A DNA stretch of 64,000 nt, taken from NCBI GenBank assembly GCA_016928815.1, contig JAFGJZ010000177.1, positions 987 through 64,986 on the forward strand. The letters run 5' to 3'. Under the pieces are notes generated by a model. That model was not told the DNA's origin. It saw nothing but the letters and a program-made list of their open reading frames with translations, and did not search any database. This document shows positions 36,020 to 46,550 of the stretch, piece by piece. The position numbers and the translations under genes were made by a program. How positions within the stretch are numbered: the stretch's first letter is position 1; every line of letters starts with the position of its first letter. Source of the stretch: Spirochaetota bacterium (lineage in GTDB: Bacteria > Spirochaetota > UBA4802 > JAFGJZ01).

Positions 36020-37060
36020 ATGTCTGAAAATATTACATATAATCTGAATGATTTTGACTTTGACCTTCCTGAAGATCTTATAGCGCAGTATCCGGCAGAG
36101 AATCGTGATGATTCCCGTCTTTTTATTCTGGACCGTAAAACGGAATCATTTATGCATGAACATTTCTATAATTTGCCTCTTTTCATTGATAGTGATTCAG
36201 TACTTGTTTTCAACAATGCAAGGGTTATTCCCGCAAGGATAATGTTCAGACGGGAAACCGGCGCTGTTGTTGAAGCTGTACTTGTCCGTAAAATTAATGA
36301 AATGTCATGGCTGATTCTTACAAACCGGATGAAAAAAATCCGTCCCGGGGAATTTCTTCATGCTGTGGAAGATGATACTGTTTTTGTCAGAATTATAAAG
36401 CGGTCAGGAGATTTTTTTGAGACTGAAACATCTGTTCCGTTTACAAATGATATATTATCAGCAATAGGTAATATGCCTTTACCGTCATATATACACAGAA
36501 ATGCAAAAAAACTGGATGAAACAAGATATCAGACCGTTTATGCCGCGGCCGGTAACGCCGTTGCAGCTCCGACGGCGGGACTTCATTTTACGGATGATCT
36601 GTTTGATAAACTTGCTGAGAAAAATATTGATACAATTTTCACTACACTGGATGTTTCATGGGGGACATTCAGTCCTGTAAGGACGGAAAATATCGGTGAG
36701 CATAAAATGCACTCTGAATCCTTCGAGCTTACGGATACTGCAGCTGCGAAAATAAATGATGCACGGTCTGCGGGAAAAAAAATAATTGCGGTCGGTACTA
36801 CTAGTCTCAGAGTACTTGAAAGTTCATTTAAGGACGGAATGAACATTCCGGGAAGAGGGGAAACGGACATTTTCATATATCCGCCCTATCAAATTAAATC
36901 AATTAACAGCATTATTACAAATTTCCATACACCGAAATCAACTTTGCTGATGCTGGTATCTGCTTTTGCCGGCCATGATCTGATAATGAATGCTTATAAT
37001 GAAGCAGTCCGGGAAAAGTATCGTTTTTTTTCATATGGAGATTCAATGTTTATTAAATAG
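36020..37060 (+). CDS. queA: S-adenosylmethionine:tRNA ribosyltransferase-isomerase
   Basis: QueA-family motifs (LPEDLIAQYPAENRDDSRL, GTTSLRVLES). 346 aa. Confidence 0.9.
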   Translation: MSENITYNLNDFDFDLPEDLIAQYPAENRDDSRLFILDRKTESFMHEHFYNLPLFIDSDSVLVFNNARVIPARIMFRRETGAVVEAVLVRKINEMSWLILTNRMKKIRPGEFLHAVEDDTVFVRIIKRSGDFFETETSVPFTNDILSAIGNMPLPSYIHRNAKKLDETRYQTVYAAAGNAVAAPTAGLHFTDDLFDKLAEKNIDTIFTTLDVSWGTFSPVRTENIGEHKMHSESFELTDTAAAKINDARSAGKKIIAVGTTSLRVLESSFKDGMNIPGRGETDIFIYPPYQIKSINSIITNFHTPKSTLLMLVSAFAGHDLIMNAYNEAVREKYRFFSYGDSMFIK

Positions 37061-37065
37061 GAGCA

Positions 37066-37860
37066 GTGATGAAAATATCTGAAATATGCACCGTGCTTGA
37101 CAGACTTTATTTATTCGGAGCGCAGGAAGAATATGATAATTCAGGACCGCAGATACTTTTCGAAGATGAAACCGCCGGCAATATTCTGATCGCACTGGAT
37201 ATTGATGCCGCGGTTTTAGAAGAGGCTGTCGTAAAAAAATGCAACCTTGTCATTACCCATCATCCATTAATCTTCAATCCTTTAAAAAGTATAAACTATT
37301 CAGATAAACACGGGAGGCTGATCGCCGAACTTGTGTTAAATAAAATTTCTGTCATATCTGTTCATACATGTCTGGACCGGAAATATCCGCTTTTTCTTGG
37401 AGAATTGCTGGGGTTCAGAAATCAGACTGTATTTGAGCCTGAGATTTCTTCGGATGCCAGAGGGTATGGATCAATCGGTTATTTATCCGGTAAAACAGTA
37501 TTTTCCGAATTTCTCAAACATATGAAAACGAGACTGAATTCAGATTATATTTTGTATTCGGGCGACGAATCAAGGCTGATTAATAAAGCTGTTATCATAA
37601 ACGGATCAGGAAGCTCCTTTCTTAAAAAAAGCGCTGATTTGAATGCAGATCTGCTGATTACAGCCGACATGAAGTTCCATAACGCAAAAGAAGCCGAACT
37701 TTATGGTATTTGTCTGGCGGATATCGGACATTACGATTCCGAAAAAATGTTCAAAAAAATAATTAAAAATGATTTACATGAACATACAAAACTTGATGAT
37801 TGCAGTATTATACTCAGTGATGAGGAAAAAAATCCCATTAAGGTATATTTGGAGATGTAA
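37066..37860 (+). CDS. Nif3-family dinuclear metal-centre protein (GTP cyclohydrolase 1 type 2 homologue)
   Basis: NIF3 family similarity (ITHHPLIF, HYDSE). Followed by a zinc-ribbon partner gene, as in many bacteria. Confidence 0.8.
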   Translation: MMKISEICTVLDRLYLFGAQEEYDNSGPQILFEDETAGNILIALDIDAAVLEEAVVKKCNLVITHHPLIFNPLKSINYSDKHGRLIAELVLNKISVISVHTCLDRKYPLFLGELLGFRNQTVFEPEISSDARGYGSIGYLSGKTVFSEFLKHMKTRLNSDYILYSGDESRLINKAVIINGSGSSFLKKSADLNADLLITADMKFHNAKEAELYGICLADIGHYDSEKMFKKIIKNDLHEHTKLDDCSIILSDEEKNPIKVYLEM

Positions 37861-38565
37861 ATGATTGATGAAATCAGACATATGATTGAACTTCAGAAAT
37901 ACTGGGATAATGTTGTCCGTGCTGAAAAAGAAATAGAATCTGCAGAAAATGAAATTAAAAAATCAGAAAAAGAAATAGAAATTAAAAAATCCGGTTTTAA
38001 TGAACTGAAAACAAGGATAAAAAACCTGAAGTCGGCTGTAAACCGGAATGAAGTACTGCTTCTTGAACTTGCCGGAAAGGAAAATGATCTGGCTGAGAAA
38101 AGTAATTCGGCACAGAATGAAAAGCAGATGAATGCATTCAACAGTGAAATAGAAACAATTCGGAAAAATAAAAACACTATTGAAGAAGAAACCTTTACTC
38201 AAATGAGTGATCTTGAAAATCTTAATTCAGAATCCGCGGATCTGGAGTCAAAAATGCCTCAGGAAATTGCGGATATTGAAAAGCATGTTTTAATGATGAC
38301 CGAACGGATTGAGCGTTTTAAGGAGATAGCTGAAAAAAACAGAAAAGCCGTTGACGATAATTCTGATCTGCTTTCCGGACAGGTAAAGTCAAAATTCCTT
38401 AAACTTCTGAATTCATCAAACAGGAAGGCGATAGTAGTAATAGAAAAAAATGCCTGCGGCGGCTGCAGAAATGTTCTTCCGGTAAATGACGTGAATGATC
38501 TAGGTGATAATAAAAAACTGATATCATGTCAGAATTGCGGTAAATTTCTATACAGGGAAAATTAG
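37861..38565 (+). CDS. Coiled-coil protein with C-terminal C4 zinc ribbon (COG1579-like, common Nif3 neighbour)
   Basis: Long coiled-coil then CGGCRN...CQNCGK. Start codon directly after the Nif3 stop. Confidence 0.7.
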   Translation: MIDEIRHMIELQKYWDNVVRAEKEIESAENEIKKSEKEIEIKKSGFNELKTRIKNLKSAVNRNEVLLLELAGKENDLAEKSNSAQNEKQMNAFNSEIETIRKNKNTIEEETFTQMSDLENLNSESADLESKMPQEIADIEKHVLMMTERIERFKEIAEKNRKAVDDNSDLLSGQVKSKFLKLLNSSNRKAIVVIEKNACGGCRNVLPVNDVNDLGDNKKLISCQNCGKFLYREN

Positions 38566-38573
38566 GAGAAAAA

Positions 38574-39251
38574 ATGCTTCTTAACATTGACAGGGTACTT
38601 CAGCTTCTTGCTGAAGGCAAGGATCTGAATAAAATATCAGAAATATCAAAACTGCCGGCTGAGCAGATTTCAACCATGATTCTTGACGCAAGAGATATGC
38701 TTAACAAATATGATAAGGCAAAGGTTAGGAAAAAAGTGATTCTGAAAAAGGGATCACATTCACCGGCGGATAATTTATCATCATCTGATTCTGTAAATGA
38801 ACTGTTCGAAGGTGCCGAACTTAATGCAATACCTGTTAATGCATTATTGAACTTCAATATCGCGGTTTCAAGCGGCGGAGACTTTTTTAAGGCAGGTATT
38901 GTCATTAGTGATGAAGAAGAAAAACAGATTGGAAAACTTCATTTTAAGCTTATTAAAAATTCCGAAAAAACGGCAGCAATAGAGGCAATAAGTAAATCAA
39001 TTGAGGTTGCATCCTATTTTTCTGCAAGAGCTGCAAAGTTCCGTATTTCCGACAGTACACTTGTGAAAATAATCAATCTTGAAATAAGAACAGAAAATAA
39101 AACTATTCAGAAAAATGCCGAAATGCTTAATCAGAAACTTTCTGCTCAGGATGACTTCCGGGTTGAATACATTTCATCATCTTCAAATGAGAAGACTGAA
39201 TTCCTTGCAAGACAGCGTGTTAAATCCAAAAGGCCGAAAGACAGGAAATAA
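38574..39251 (+). CDS. Hypothetical protein (225 aa), possible N-terminal HTH
   Basis: AGGAG RBS. No recognisable catalytic motif. Confidence 0.5.
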   Translation: MLLNIDRVLQLLAEGKDLNKISEISKLPAEQISTMILDARDMLNKYDKAKVRKKVILKKGSHSPADNLSSSDSVNELFEGAELNAIPVNALLNFNIAVSSGGDFFKAGIVISDEEEKQIGKLHFKLIKNSEKTAAIEAISKSIEVASYFSARAAKFRISDSTLVKIINLEIRTENKTIQKNAEMLNQKLSAQDDFRVEYISSSSNEKTEFLARQRVKSKRPKDRK

Positions 39252-39257
39252 TTTTCT

Positions 39258-41261
39258 GTGAAAAGCAACTGGATAATAAATGTTCCTCAAAAAGAGCAGG
39301 CAGAACCTTTATCCGCAAAATATGATATTCCTCCAACTATTTCAGAAATTCTGCTTTCCAGGGGATTTCAGGATGATTCAGAACTTCTTTCCTTTCTGGT
39401 TCCTGAAATATACAGAATGAAATCACCTTTTGAAATTAAGGATTTAAAAGAGGCAGTTTTATGTTTACGTGATGTAATTTCACAAAAAGGAAAAATTGCG
39501 GTTTTTTCTGATTCGGACCTGGACGGACTTACTTCACTTTCGCTTATCCGTAACTTTCTGGAAAAATCCGGTATTTCCTATGTGGCGGACTATCCAAAGA
39601 ATGGTGAAAGTTACGGCTTAACTACGGCAATAGTTGATTATTTTCATTCCAAAGATGCTGCTGTTCTTCTGACTCTTGATTGCGGCATACGTGATTTTAA
39701 GGAAATTGAATATGCCGGAAGTCTCGGTATGCATGTAATTGTGTGTGATCATCATGAACCTGATGTTATGCTGCCGGATTGCATATGTGTTGATCCGAAA
39801 CGTCCGGACTGCGGTTTCGAATTCAAGGATCTTGCAGGTGTAGGTGTGGCGTATAAGCTTGTGCACGGCCTTCTGTTTTCATATCTTCCCGTTTTTAACA
39901 GAAATGTTTTTTTAATCCATGAATCCTCTGGAAATTATCATGTGCTTAAAACCAGCAATGGAGTTACCCTTTCATATTCCGAATGGGCAACAGGCGAACT
40001 GGAAAATTTGAATTATACGGATGATGATTTTATAATTGTTCTGAATACGGATGCGGTTTCTCTGCCGGAAAAGATTTCTGAAAGTATAAATTTCCGTACG
40101 GTTGATTCCTTTATCTTTAATCCCGAAACTGAAAAACTACTGAAAAAATTAACTTTGGAATTCAGAAAGTTTTCCTACTCTGAACTTCAATATATGGAAT
40201 ACATCAGCAATCTGATAACCTTTTCTTTTTCCGAAAAAATATATAATTTTATGACGGAAATTTCCCCTTTTGCAGCAATAGGAACCATTGCAGATGTTGT
40301 TCCCCTGAAAGGTGAAAACAGGGTTATTATTAATACAGGTCTGTGCAGATTAAAATCATCAGAAATTCCTTCAGTTGCAAAAATACGCGATCTGTGCTAC
40401 AGAAATTTTACCTCTAAAAATATTGCATGGACGATAGGACCTCTGTTAAATGCACCCGGAAGATTCGGGCGGACCGAATTAACGGCTGATTTTTTCTCCG
40501 GGACATCCTCTGATATCAGTCGAATTTATGATCAGATAAAATCTTTCAATGATAAAAGAAAGAGTATGGTTGATGAAATTATTTCCTTAATTTTTAATGA
40601 TATGTCCGGATATGATCAAGGTGATTATTTAATTATATATAATCTGTCAATTCATGAGGGAATTTGCGGTATTATTGCGGGTAAATTATGCGATAAATTC
40701 AACAAACCGGCTTTTGTCCTCAGTATAAGCAGAGATGGTATAATCAAAGGTTCGGCAAGATCTCCGCAGAATATTAATTTACTGGAATATGCTGTGAAAT
40801 TTTCACATATATTTGACAGATTCGGGGGACATAACCAGGCATTTGGGTTCTCAATTAAGGAAAATAATGTTAAAGAGTTTATAAATTTACTTAAGCAGCA
40901 TGTAACCGGAATTAATAATGAAGAGGCCGGATATCATGTTGATGCGGTTATTGAAATCGGAAACCTTAATGCTGAACTTCTGAAAGGGGTAGAAAAACTT
41001 GAACCATTCGGAAATGCCAATCCTGAATTAATATTCTGTTCGGAATTTGTTGAATTTGATTCTTTTCAGTATTTTGGCAAAAATAATGAGCATTTGAAAC
41101 TTATCATAAATAATATAGAGTTTTTACTCTGGAGTATGGCCCCTGAAGCGGAATCATTCCTTCAAAATAAGTTTCACATCATATACACTGTTTCAAGGAC
41201 ATATTTCAAAAGCATCCGGGAATTGAGATGTGAAATTGTTGATTTTTGCCCGGCCGTTTAA
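39258..41261 (+). CDS. recJ: Single-stranded-DNA-specific exonuclease RecJ
   Basis: DHH motifs (VFSDSDLDGLTS, VIVCDHHEP) and DHHA1 region. 667 aa. GTG start. Confidence 0.85.
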   Translation: MKSNWIINVPQKEQAEPLSAKYDIPPTISEILLSRGFQDDSELLSFLVPEIYRMKSPFEIKDLKEAVLCLRDVISQKGKIAVFSDSDLDGLTSLSLIRNFLEKSGISYVADYPKNGESYGLTTAIVDYFHSKDAAVLLTLDCGIRDFKEIEYAGSLGMHVIVCDHHEPDVMLPDCICVDPKRPDCGFEFKDLAGVGVAYKLVHGLLFSYLPVFNRNVFLIHESSGNYHVLKTSNGVTLSYSEWATGELENLNYTDDDFIIVLNTDAVSLPEKISESINFRTVDSFIFNPETEKLLKKLTLEFRKFSYSELQYMEYISNLITFSFSEKIYNFMTEISPFAAIGTIADVVPLKGENRVIINTGLCRLKSSEIPSVAKIRDLCYRNFTSKNIAWTIGPLLNAPGRFGRTELTADFFSGTSSDISRIYDQIKSFNDKRKSMVDEIISLIFNDMSGYDQGDYLIIYNLSIHEGICGIIAGKLCDKFNKPAFVLSISRDGIIKGSARSPQNINLLEYAVKFSHIFDRFGGHNQAFGFSIKENNVKEFINLLKQHVTGINNEEAGYHVDAVIEIGNLNAELLKGVEKLEPFGNANPELIFCSEFVEFDSFQYFGKNNEHLKLIINNIEFLLWSMAPEAESFLQNKFHIIYTVSRTYFKSIRELRCEIVDFCPAV

Positions 41262-41352
41262 TAATTTAATTGATTTTTCTATTAAAATATTTTATATTTG
41301 ACTGCATAATGTGTCTATGTTTTAATAATGTAATAAAGAATGAGGGACAAAA

Positions 41353-41655
41353 ATGAATATAGCTATTGAAGAAAATGATTCAACAGTAAAGATAAATGTC
41401 ACCGGCGATATTGAAATGATGTCAATCAAGGATTTTAAGGAAAAGTTATTAAAACTTGGACAGGATTCTGATAAAAATATTGAAATTGACCTTGCAAATG
41501 TTGATTATATTGATTCCTCCGGAGTAGGAGTTCTTATCAGTCTGCTGAAACTGCAGAAAAGAAAAGGCAAAACAGTAAAAATCAGTCAGGTCAGCGATAA
41601 AGTGCTTAATGTCCTTAAATTAAGTTCACTTGCCGATGTTTTCAACCTTGAATAA
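41353..41655 (+). CDS. STAS-domain anti-sigma-factor antagonist
   Basis: 100 aa SpoIIAA-like (DLANVDYIDSSGVGVLISL). No cognate RsbW-type kinase adjacent. Confidence 0.7.
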   Translation: MNIAIEENDSTVKINVTGDIEMMSIKDFKEKLLKLGQDSDKNIEIDLANVDYIDSSGVGVLISLLKLQKRKGKTVKISQVSDKVLNVLKLSSLADVFNLE

Positions 41656-41656
41656 A

Positions 41657-42145
41657 ATGCTTCCAAATCTGAGAGTCGGCAGCGGGTTTGATGTACATGC
41701 GTTCTGTTCCGGAAGGAAGTGCATAATCGGAGGAGTTGAAATTCCTCATGATAAGGGGCTTGCCGGTCATTCTGATGCAGATGTTCTTATCCATTCTATA
41801 ATTGATTCTCTGCTTGGTGCCTCCGGTTTGGGTGATATCGGACGGCTTTTCCCGGATACAGATGATTCTTTTAAAAATATCAGCAGTATGATCCTTCTGG
41901 AAAAGACGGCTGAAAACCTTTTTTCCGAAAAATGGCGGATTATCAATATTGATAATGTTATTGTCTGTCAGGAACCCCGGATTTCACTATACAGCGATAA
42001 AATGAAAAAAAATATTTCGGAAATCCTGAAAATTTCCACTGACCTTGTTTCCATCAAAGGGAAAACAACTGAAAGGCTTGGATTTACAGGAAGGGACGAA
42101 GGTATAGCCGTATTTTCTACGGCACTTCTTTTCAGGGAAGACTGA
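41657..42145 (+). CDS. ispF: 2-C-methyl-D-erythritol 2,4-cyclodiphosphate synthase
   Basis: Motifs GSGFDVHAF, GHSDADV. The ATG at 41657 directly follows the STAS stop; the track's 41630 start would overlap it. Confidence 0.85.
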   Translation: MLPNLRVGSGFDVHAFCSGRKCIIGGVEIPHDKGLAGHSDADVLIHSIIDSLLGASGLGDIGRLFPDTDDSFKNISSMILLEKTAENLFSEKWRIINIDNVIVCQEPRISLYSDKMKKNISEILKISTDLVSIKGKTTERLGFTGRDEGIAVFSTALLFRED

Positions 42146-42254
42146 TTTCATATTCCTGCCGCTGCAGTCAATAAAAACTATTTGACATATCTTTGTAATA
42201 AAAAGCAAGTATTGTGTATATTTATTTTATGTATCATATTTCAGGAGTATCTTC

Positions 42255-43481
42255 ATGGTAAAAAATGACATTGAACTTTTAAAAAGGGGAACTGAAGAAA
42301 TAATTCCCGAAGATGTTTTTATAAAAAGGATAGAAGAGTCGGAAAAAGAGCAGCGTCCTCTGACAATAAAAGCCGGTTTTGATCCGACTGCTCCGGATAT
42401 CCATCTTGGTCATACAGTACTTATACGTAAAATGCGGCATTTTCAGCAGATGGGTCATAATGTAATTTTTTTAATCGGAGATTTTACAGGAATGATCGGT
42501 GATCCTACAGGAAAATCGGAAACAAGGAAGAAACTTACGAAAGAGGAAGTTCTTTCAAACGCTGAAACATATAAAAAGCAGATTTTTAAGATACTTGATC
42601 CTGAAAAAACAATAATTGAGTTTAATTCAAAATGGTGTGCTGATATGAATTTTGCGGAAGTCCTTGAGTTGACTTCTCATTATAATGTTGCACGCATGCT
42701 TGAAAGGGATGATTTTTCGAAAAGATATAAAAGCGGGAAGTCAATTTCAATAATAGAGTTCATGTATCCTCTTGTTCAGGGATATGATTCTGTTGCACTG
42801 AAGGCTGATGTTGAACTTGGCGGAACTGACCAGAAATTCAATCTGCTTGTGGGACGCGATCTCCAGAAGGAATACAATGTCCAGCAGCAGGTTATCATTA
42901 CCATGCCGCTTCTTGTCGGACTTGACGGAACTAATAAAATGAGTAAATCGCTGAATAATTACATCGGTATAGATGAGAAGCCTTCGGAAATATTCGGAAA
43001 AATCATGTCAATATCAGATGAACTAATGTATGTATATTTTGATCTGGTAACGGATATCCCTAAACCGGAAATACTGCGGTTAAAAACCGGAATGCTTGAC
43101 GGCAGTATTCATCCCAAGGATATTAAGGTCAGTCTCGCTAAAGATATCTGTACCCAGTTTTATGACAAAGATACGGCGGAGAAGGCTCTTCAGGAATTTA
43201 ATACTGTTTTTGTAAAAAAAGATATTCCTGATGAAGTTGAGGAGTTTTTTGTTGAAAAATCCATGCTTAATGATGATGGAACCCTGTGGATTGTAAAAAT
43301 GATGGTCGAAGCAAAAATGGCAAAATCAAATGGTGATGCCAGAAGGCTGATTGAGGGCGGCGGTGTTTCGCTTGATGGGGAAAAGATAACAAGTCCGGAT
43401 CTGAACCTTGATTTAAATTTTAAAAATGAAGGTATATTAAAAGTAGGTAAAAGAAGATTTGTAAAAATCATTAAAAAATAA
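42255..43481 (+). CDS. tyrS: Tyrosine--tRNA ligase
   Basis: HIGH (PDIHLGH) and KMSKS motifs, C-terminal S4-like domain. 408 aa. Confidence 0.9.
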   Translation: MVKNDIELLKRGTEEIIPEDVFIKRIEESEKEQRPLTIKAGFDPTAPDIHLGHTVLIRKMRHFQQMGHNVIFLIGDFTGMIGDPTGKSETRKKLTKEEVLSNAETYKKQIFKILDPEKTIIEFNSKWCADMNFAEVLELTSHYNVARMLERDDFSKRYKSGKSISIIEFMYPLVQGYDSVALKADVELGGTDQKFNLLVGRDLQKEYNVQQQVIITMPLLVGLDGTNKMSKSLNNYIGIDEKPSEIFGKIMSISDELMYVYFDLVTDIPKPEILRLKTGMLDGSIHPKDIKVSLAKDICTQFYDKDTAEKALQEFNTVFVKKDIPDEVEEFFVEKSMLNDDGTLWIVKMMVEAKMAKSNGDARRLIEGGGVSLDGEKITSPDLNLDLNFKNEGILKVGKRRFVKIIKK

Positions 43482-43517
43482 AATTTTAAATGATTTTGTA
43501 ACAAATTGTAACGGATA

Positions 43518-44093
43518 ATGACGAATTTAACAGAAGCGGAAATAATTAAAAAGGTTGTCGATGGACACATAAGTCTTTATGGGGATCTGGTAGAGCTTTA
43601 TCAGCAGAGACTTTTCAGGTATATCTACAGCCAGGTGCGTAATTATGATGATGCTCTTGAGATTGCACAGGATGTATTCATAGCAGCTCTTGAAGCATTG
43701 GGAAAGTTCAGGGGAGAGGCAAAATTCTCAACATGGCTTTTCAGCATTGCTTCCAATCAATGTAAAACGCATCTTAAAAAAAAGAAAAGAACCAGTACTG
43801 TTCCGCTTAATTTTATAGCAGAGGACGGCAAGGAAGCAGATTTTCATCTTGAAGATGTACGCGAAGATATTGAGCATTTTGTAATCAATGATGATTTGCT
43901 GGAAAAAGCATATGATGAATTGATAAAAATGCCTCCGGAATATAAGGAAATTTTAATTCTTCGTGATATTGAAGAGATGGCTTATGATGATATTGTAAAA
44001 ATACTTGGTATTTCAATGTCGAATGTAAAAGTGAGGATTCACAGGGGCCGGGAGATGCTTAAAAAACGGTTAGCTGCAAGAGGTTTGATATGA
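43518..44093 (+). CDS. ECF-type RNA polymerase sigma-70 family factor
   Basis: Sigma-70 region 2 (YRYIYSQV..DALEIAQDVFI) and region 4 HTH (MAYDDIVKILGISMSNVKVRIHRGR). Confidence 0.8.
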   Translation: MTNLTEAEIIKKVVDGHISLYGDLVELYQQRLFRYIYSQVRNYDDALEIAQDVFIAALEALGKFRGEAKFSTWLFSIASNQCKTHLKKKKRTSTVPLNFIAEDGKEADFHLEDVREDIEHFVINDDLLEKAYDELIKMPPEYKEILILRDIEEMAYDDIVKILGISMSNVKVRIHRGREMLKKRLAARGLI

Positions 44094-44743
44094 CTAAAAA
44101 ACATATGTCTTTTGAAGAAATTTCAGATCAGTATGATTCCATACGTGATGGTTCGGATTTTCAGAATGAACACCTGTCAGAATGTGCGGAATGCCTGAAG
44201 GAATTGAAAGTACTTTCAAATTGTATCGGGTCTCTTTCCGGTTATAAAAAAATTGTAATTGTCGATACAGATATGTTTATGAGTGATGTACTTTCCGGAT
44301 GCAGGAAAAAAAGGATTAAACTTTTATGGTCCAATTCATATTACAGGCACAGTTTTTTTGCGGCTGCTGCGGTTGCTGCAGTAATTCTTGTTGTACCTTT
44401 TGTCACTTCCAATATTCCTGTCCGTTCTGATGGAGTAATAGCGGAGAATACAACTGAACTGAAAGAAACCGAAATTGCAGTTGATTCGGAAAGTACGGAT
44501 GAAGTTATATACTTTCTGAAGAGAAATAATTTCAGAATTGTATCTGTTGAAAATGACAGGGTCATTGCCGAAAGCAGATATAAGGATTTTCTTCATCTGA
44601 AAAATGCTGTTGAAGGCGGAGTGGACAACAGTCTTAATTTTGTAAGTAAAAGCTATCTGTCGATGGCCGGAACCGCTTCCGGGAATAACATGTACATTCC
44701 AGGCGGAGACAGGGTAATCCGGTTTTCAATAATTATAAAATGA
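44090..44743 (+). CDS. Putative zf-HC2 anti-sigma factor with single TM helix
   Basis: H-x3-C-x2-C motif (HLSECAEC) near the N-terminus. TM helix AAAVAAVILVVPFV. 4-bp overlap with the sigma gene. Confidence 0.55.
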   Translation: MTKKHMSFEEISDQYDSIRDGSDFQNEHLSECAECLKELKVLSNCIGSLSGYKKIVIVDTDMFMSDVLSGCRKKRIKLLWSNSYYRHSFFAAAAVAAVILVVPFVTSNIPVRSDGVIAENTTELKETEIAVDSESTDEVIYFLKRNNFRIVSVENDRVIAESRYKDFLHLKNAVEGGVDNSLNFVSKSYLSMAGTASGNNMYIPGGDRVIRFSIIIK

Positions 44744-44753
44744 TACTATCCTT

Positions 44754-46550
44754 TTAGTGGAAGAAGGCATATATTTTTTCAGCATCTGTTCTGCTGATTC
44801 CGCTTATTCCGGATAATTCCTCTATTTGTGCACTCTTAACCGCATCAATGGATTTGAATTTTTTTAGCAGTATATTTCTTTTCTTTTCTCCGATACCTTC
44901 TATTCTGTCCAGATCTGAAGTTAAAGTGTTTTTTGAACGGAGAATTCTGTGATATTTTACTCCGAAATCATGCGTCTGATCCCGGATGTTCTGAATTATT
45001 TTCAGTGCGGGACTGTCATAGCCCGGCCTGACAGGCTGTTCATCCGGACTGAAATAGAGTTCTTCAAATTTTTTCGCGATTGAAATAACCGGTATTCTCA
45101 TGCCGAGAGCGTCTCTTGCTTCGATTGCCCTTTTAAGCTGGGTAGGCCCTCCGTCAATGATTATCAGATCCGGTTTTTCCTCCTCTCCGTTTGTCACATT
45201 CTGTAAAAAACGCGCTACAGCCTCGTGTATCATGCCCGGATCGTTGGCTTCGGTATAACCCTTAATTTTGAATTTTCTGAACCGTGATCTGTCTGATACA
45301 CCGTTTTTAAATGCAGCCATTGATGCTACCGCATTGGTGCCCTGAAAATTTGATATGTCAAAGCATACCATTTTTTCAGGAAAATCCGGAAGATCAAACA
45401 TTCTGCGGAGTTCATTAAGGCCTTCGGTTTTTTCATTGAATATGCCGGCTGATTTCCTGTTTATTATGACTGCATCAATATTTTTATGAATGAGATTTAA
45501 AATGCTTTTATCTTCGTCCGATTTTATTTTTTTAATGAAAACCTTTTTTTCAGCAGCAGTGGAAAGATACTGTTTGATAATTCCGGAATCGGACATTTCA
45601 TGTTCGACAAAAATTTCCAGAGGAATACGGTTTCTTTTGTAGTAATCAATAATGAAACTCTGCAGAATTTCATTCACGGTGCTGTATTCAATATTATCAA
45701 TTATCGTAATTTTTCTTCCGCAGAGGATTCCATTTCTGAATTCAAAAAGTATGATTACCGCTTCCGAATCGCTTATTTTAATTCCTGCATAATCCCTGTC
45801 AAATCCGCCGGAAAGAGAAATGTTCTGTTTGAAGGAAATTTTCTGGATATTAAATATCATGTCCCGCAGCTTTGCCGCCTTTTCAAATTCAAAGGCCGCT
45901 GAAGCGGAATTCATCTTTTCAGTAAGAAACTCAACAGCATGCTGATTTTCACCTTCAAGAAAAAGAACTGCCGATTTAATAATTTCCAGATATTCATCTT
46001 TTGAAATCAAATTTGTACAGACGCCGGAGCATTTACCTATCTGGTTGTTTATGCATGGGCGTTCGCCGTTTTTAAGCGGCAGCTTTTTTGTACAGCGCTT
46101 CAGTTTAAAAAGATCATTTACCAGATTTACACCGTTCTTTGCCGCGCTGGAATCCGTGTAGGGACCGAAATACCGGTTTCTGTCATTTGTCATCATTCTT
46201 GTATAGATAATACGCGGATAATCCTCGGAAAATGTAACGGCAATATACGGATAGTTTTTATCATCTTTCAGTCTGATATTGAATCTGGGCTTATGTGTCT
46301 TGATGAGATTATTTTCAAGAAGCAGTGCTTCAATTTCGTTGGAAGTGACTATATATTCAATACTGTCTATGTTGCTGACCAGAACAGCGGTTTTTTTATC
46401 CTGTATGTTTTTCTGAAAATAGGAGCTTACTCTTTTAATTAATGATACTGCTTTACCGATGTAAATGATATCATTTGAACTGTTTTTCATTATGTAAACA
46501 CCCGGCTGATCCGGTATGCCGCTAAGAATTTTTGTTATTTTTTCATCCAT
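44754..46550 (-). CDS. uvrC: Excinuclease ABC subunit C
   Basis: GIY-YIG N-terminus (GVYIMKNSSNDIIYIGKA), UvrBC-interaction and RNase H-like/HhH C-terminal domains. 598 aa. Confidence 0.9.
   Translation of the reverse strand: MDEKITKILSGIPDQPGVYIMKNSSNDIIYIGKAVSLIKRVSSYFQKNIQDKKTAVLVSNIDSIEYIVTSNEIEALLLENNLIKTHKPRFNIRLKDDKNYPYIAVTFSEDYPRIIYTRMMTNDRNRYFGPYTDSSAAKNGVNLVNDLFKLKRCTKKLPLKNGERPCINNQIGKCSGVCTNLISKDEYLEIIKSAVLFLEGENQHAVEFLTEKMNSASAAFEFEKAAKLRDMIFNIQKISFKQNISLSGGFDRDYAGIKISDSEAVIILFEFRNGILCGRKITIIDNIEYSTVNEILQSFIIDYYKRNRIPLEIFVEHEMSDSGIIKQYLSTAAEKKVFIKKIKSDEDKSILNLIHKNIDAVIINRKSAGIFNEKTEGLNELRRMFDLPDFPEKMVCFDISNFQGTNAVASMAAFKNGVSDRSRFRKFKIKGYTEANDPGMIHEAVARFLQNVTNGEEEKPDLIIIDGGPTQLKRAIEARDALGMRIPVISIAKKFEELYFSPDEQPVRPGYDSPALKIIQNIRDQTHDFGVKYHRILRSKNTLTSDLDRIEGIGEKKRNILLKKFKSIDAVKSAQIEELSGISGISRTDAEKIYAFFH

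Noticed and set aside
42146-42254. T-box leader upstream of tyrS
   Set aside because: The intergenic region is only ~110 bp, too short for a T-box (~250 nt). No specifier-loop or antiterminator structure is evident.
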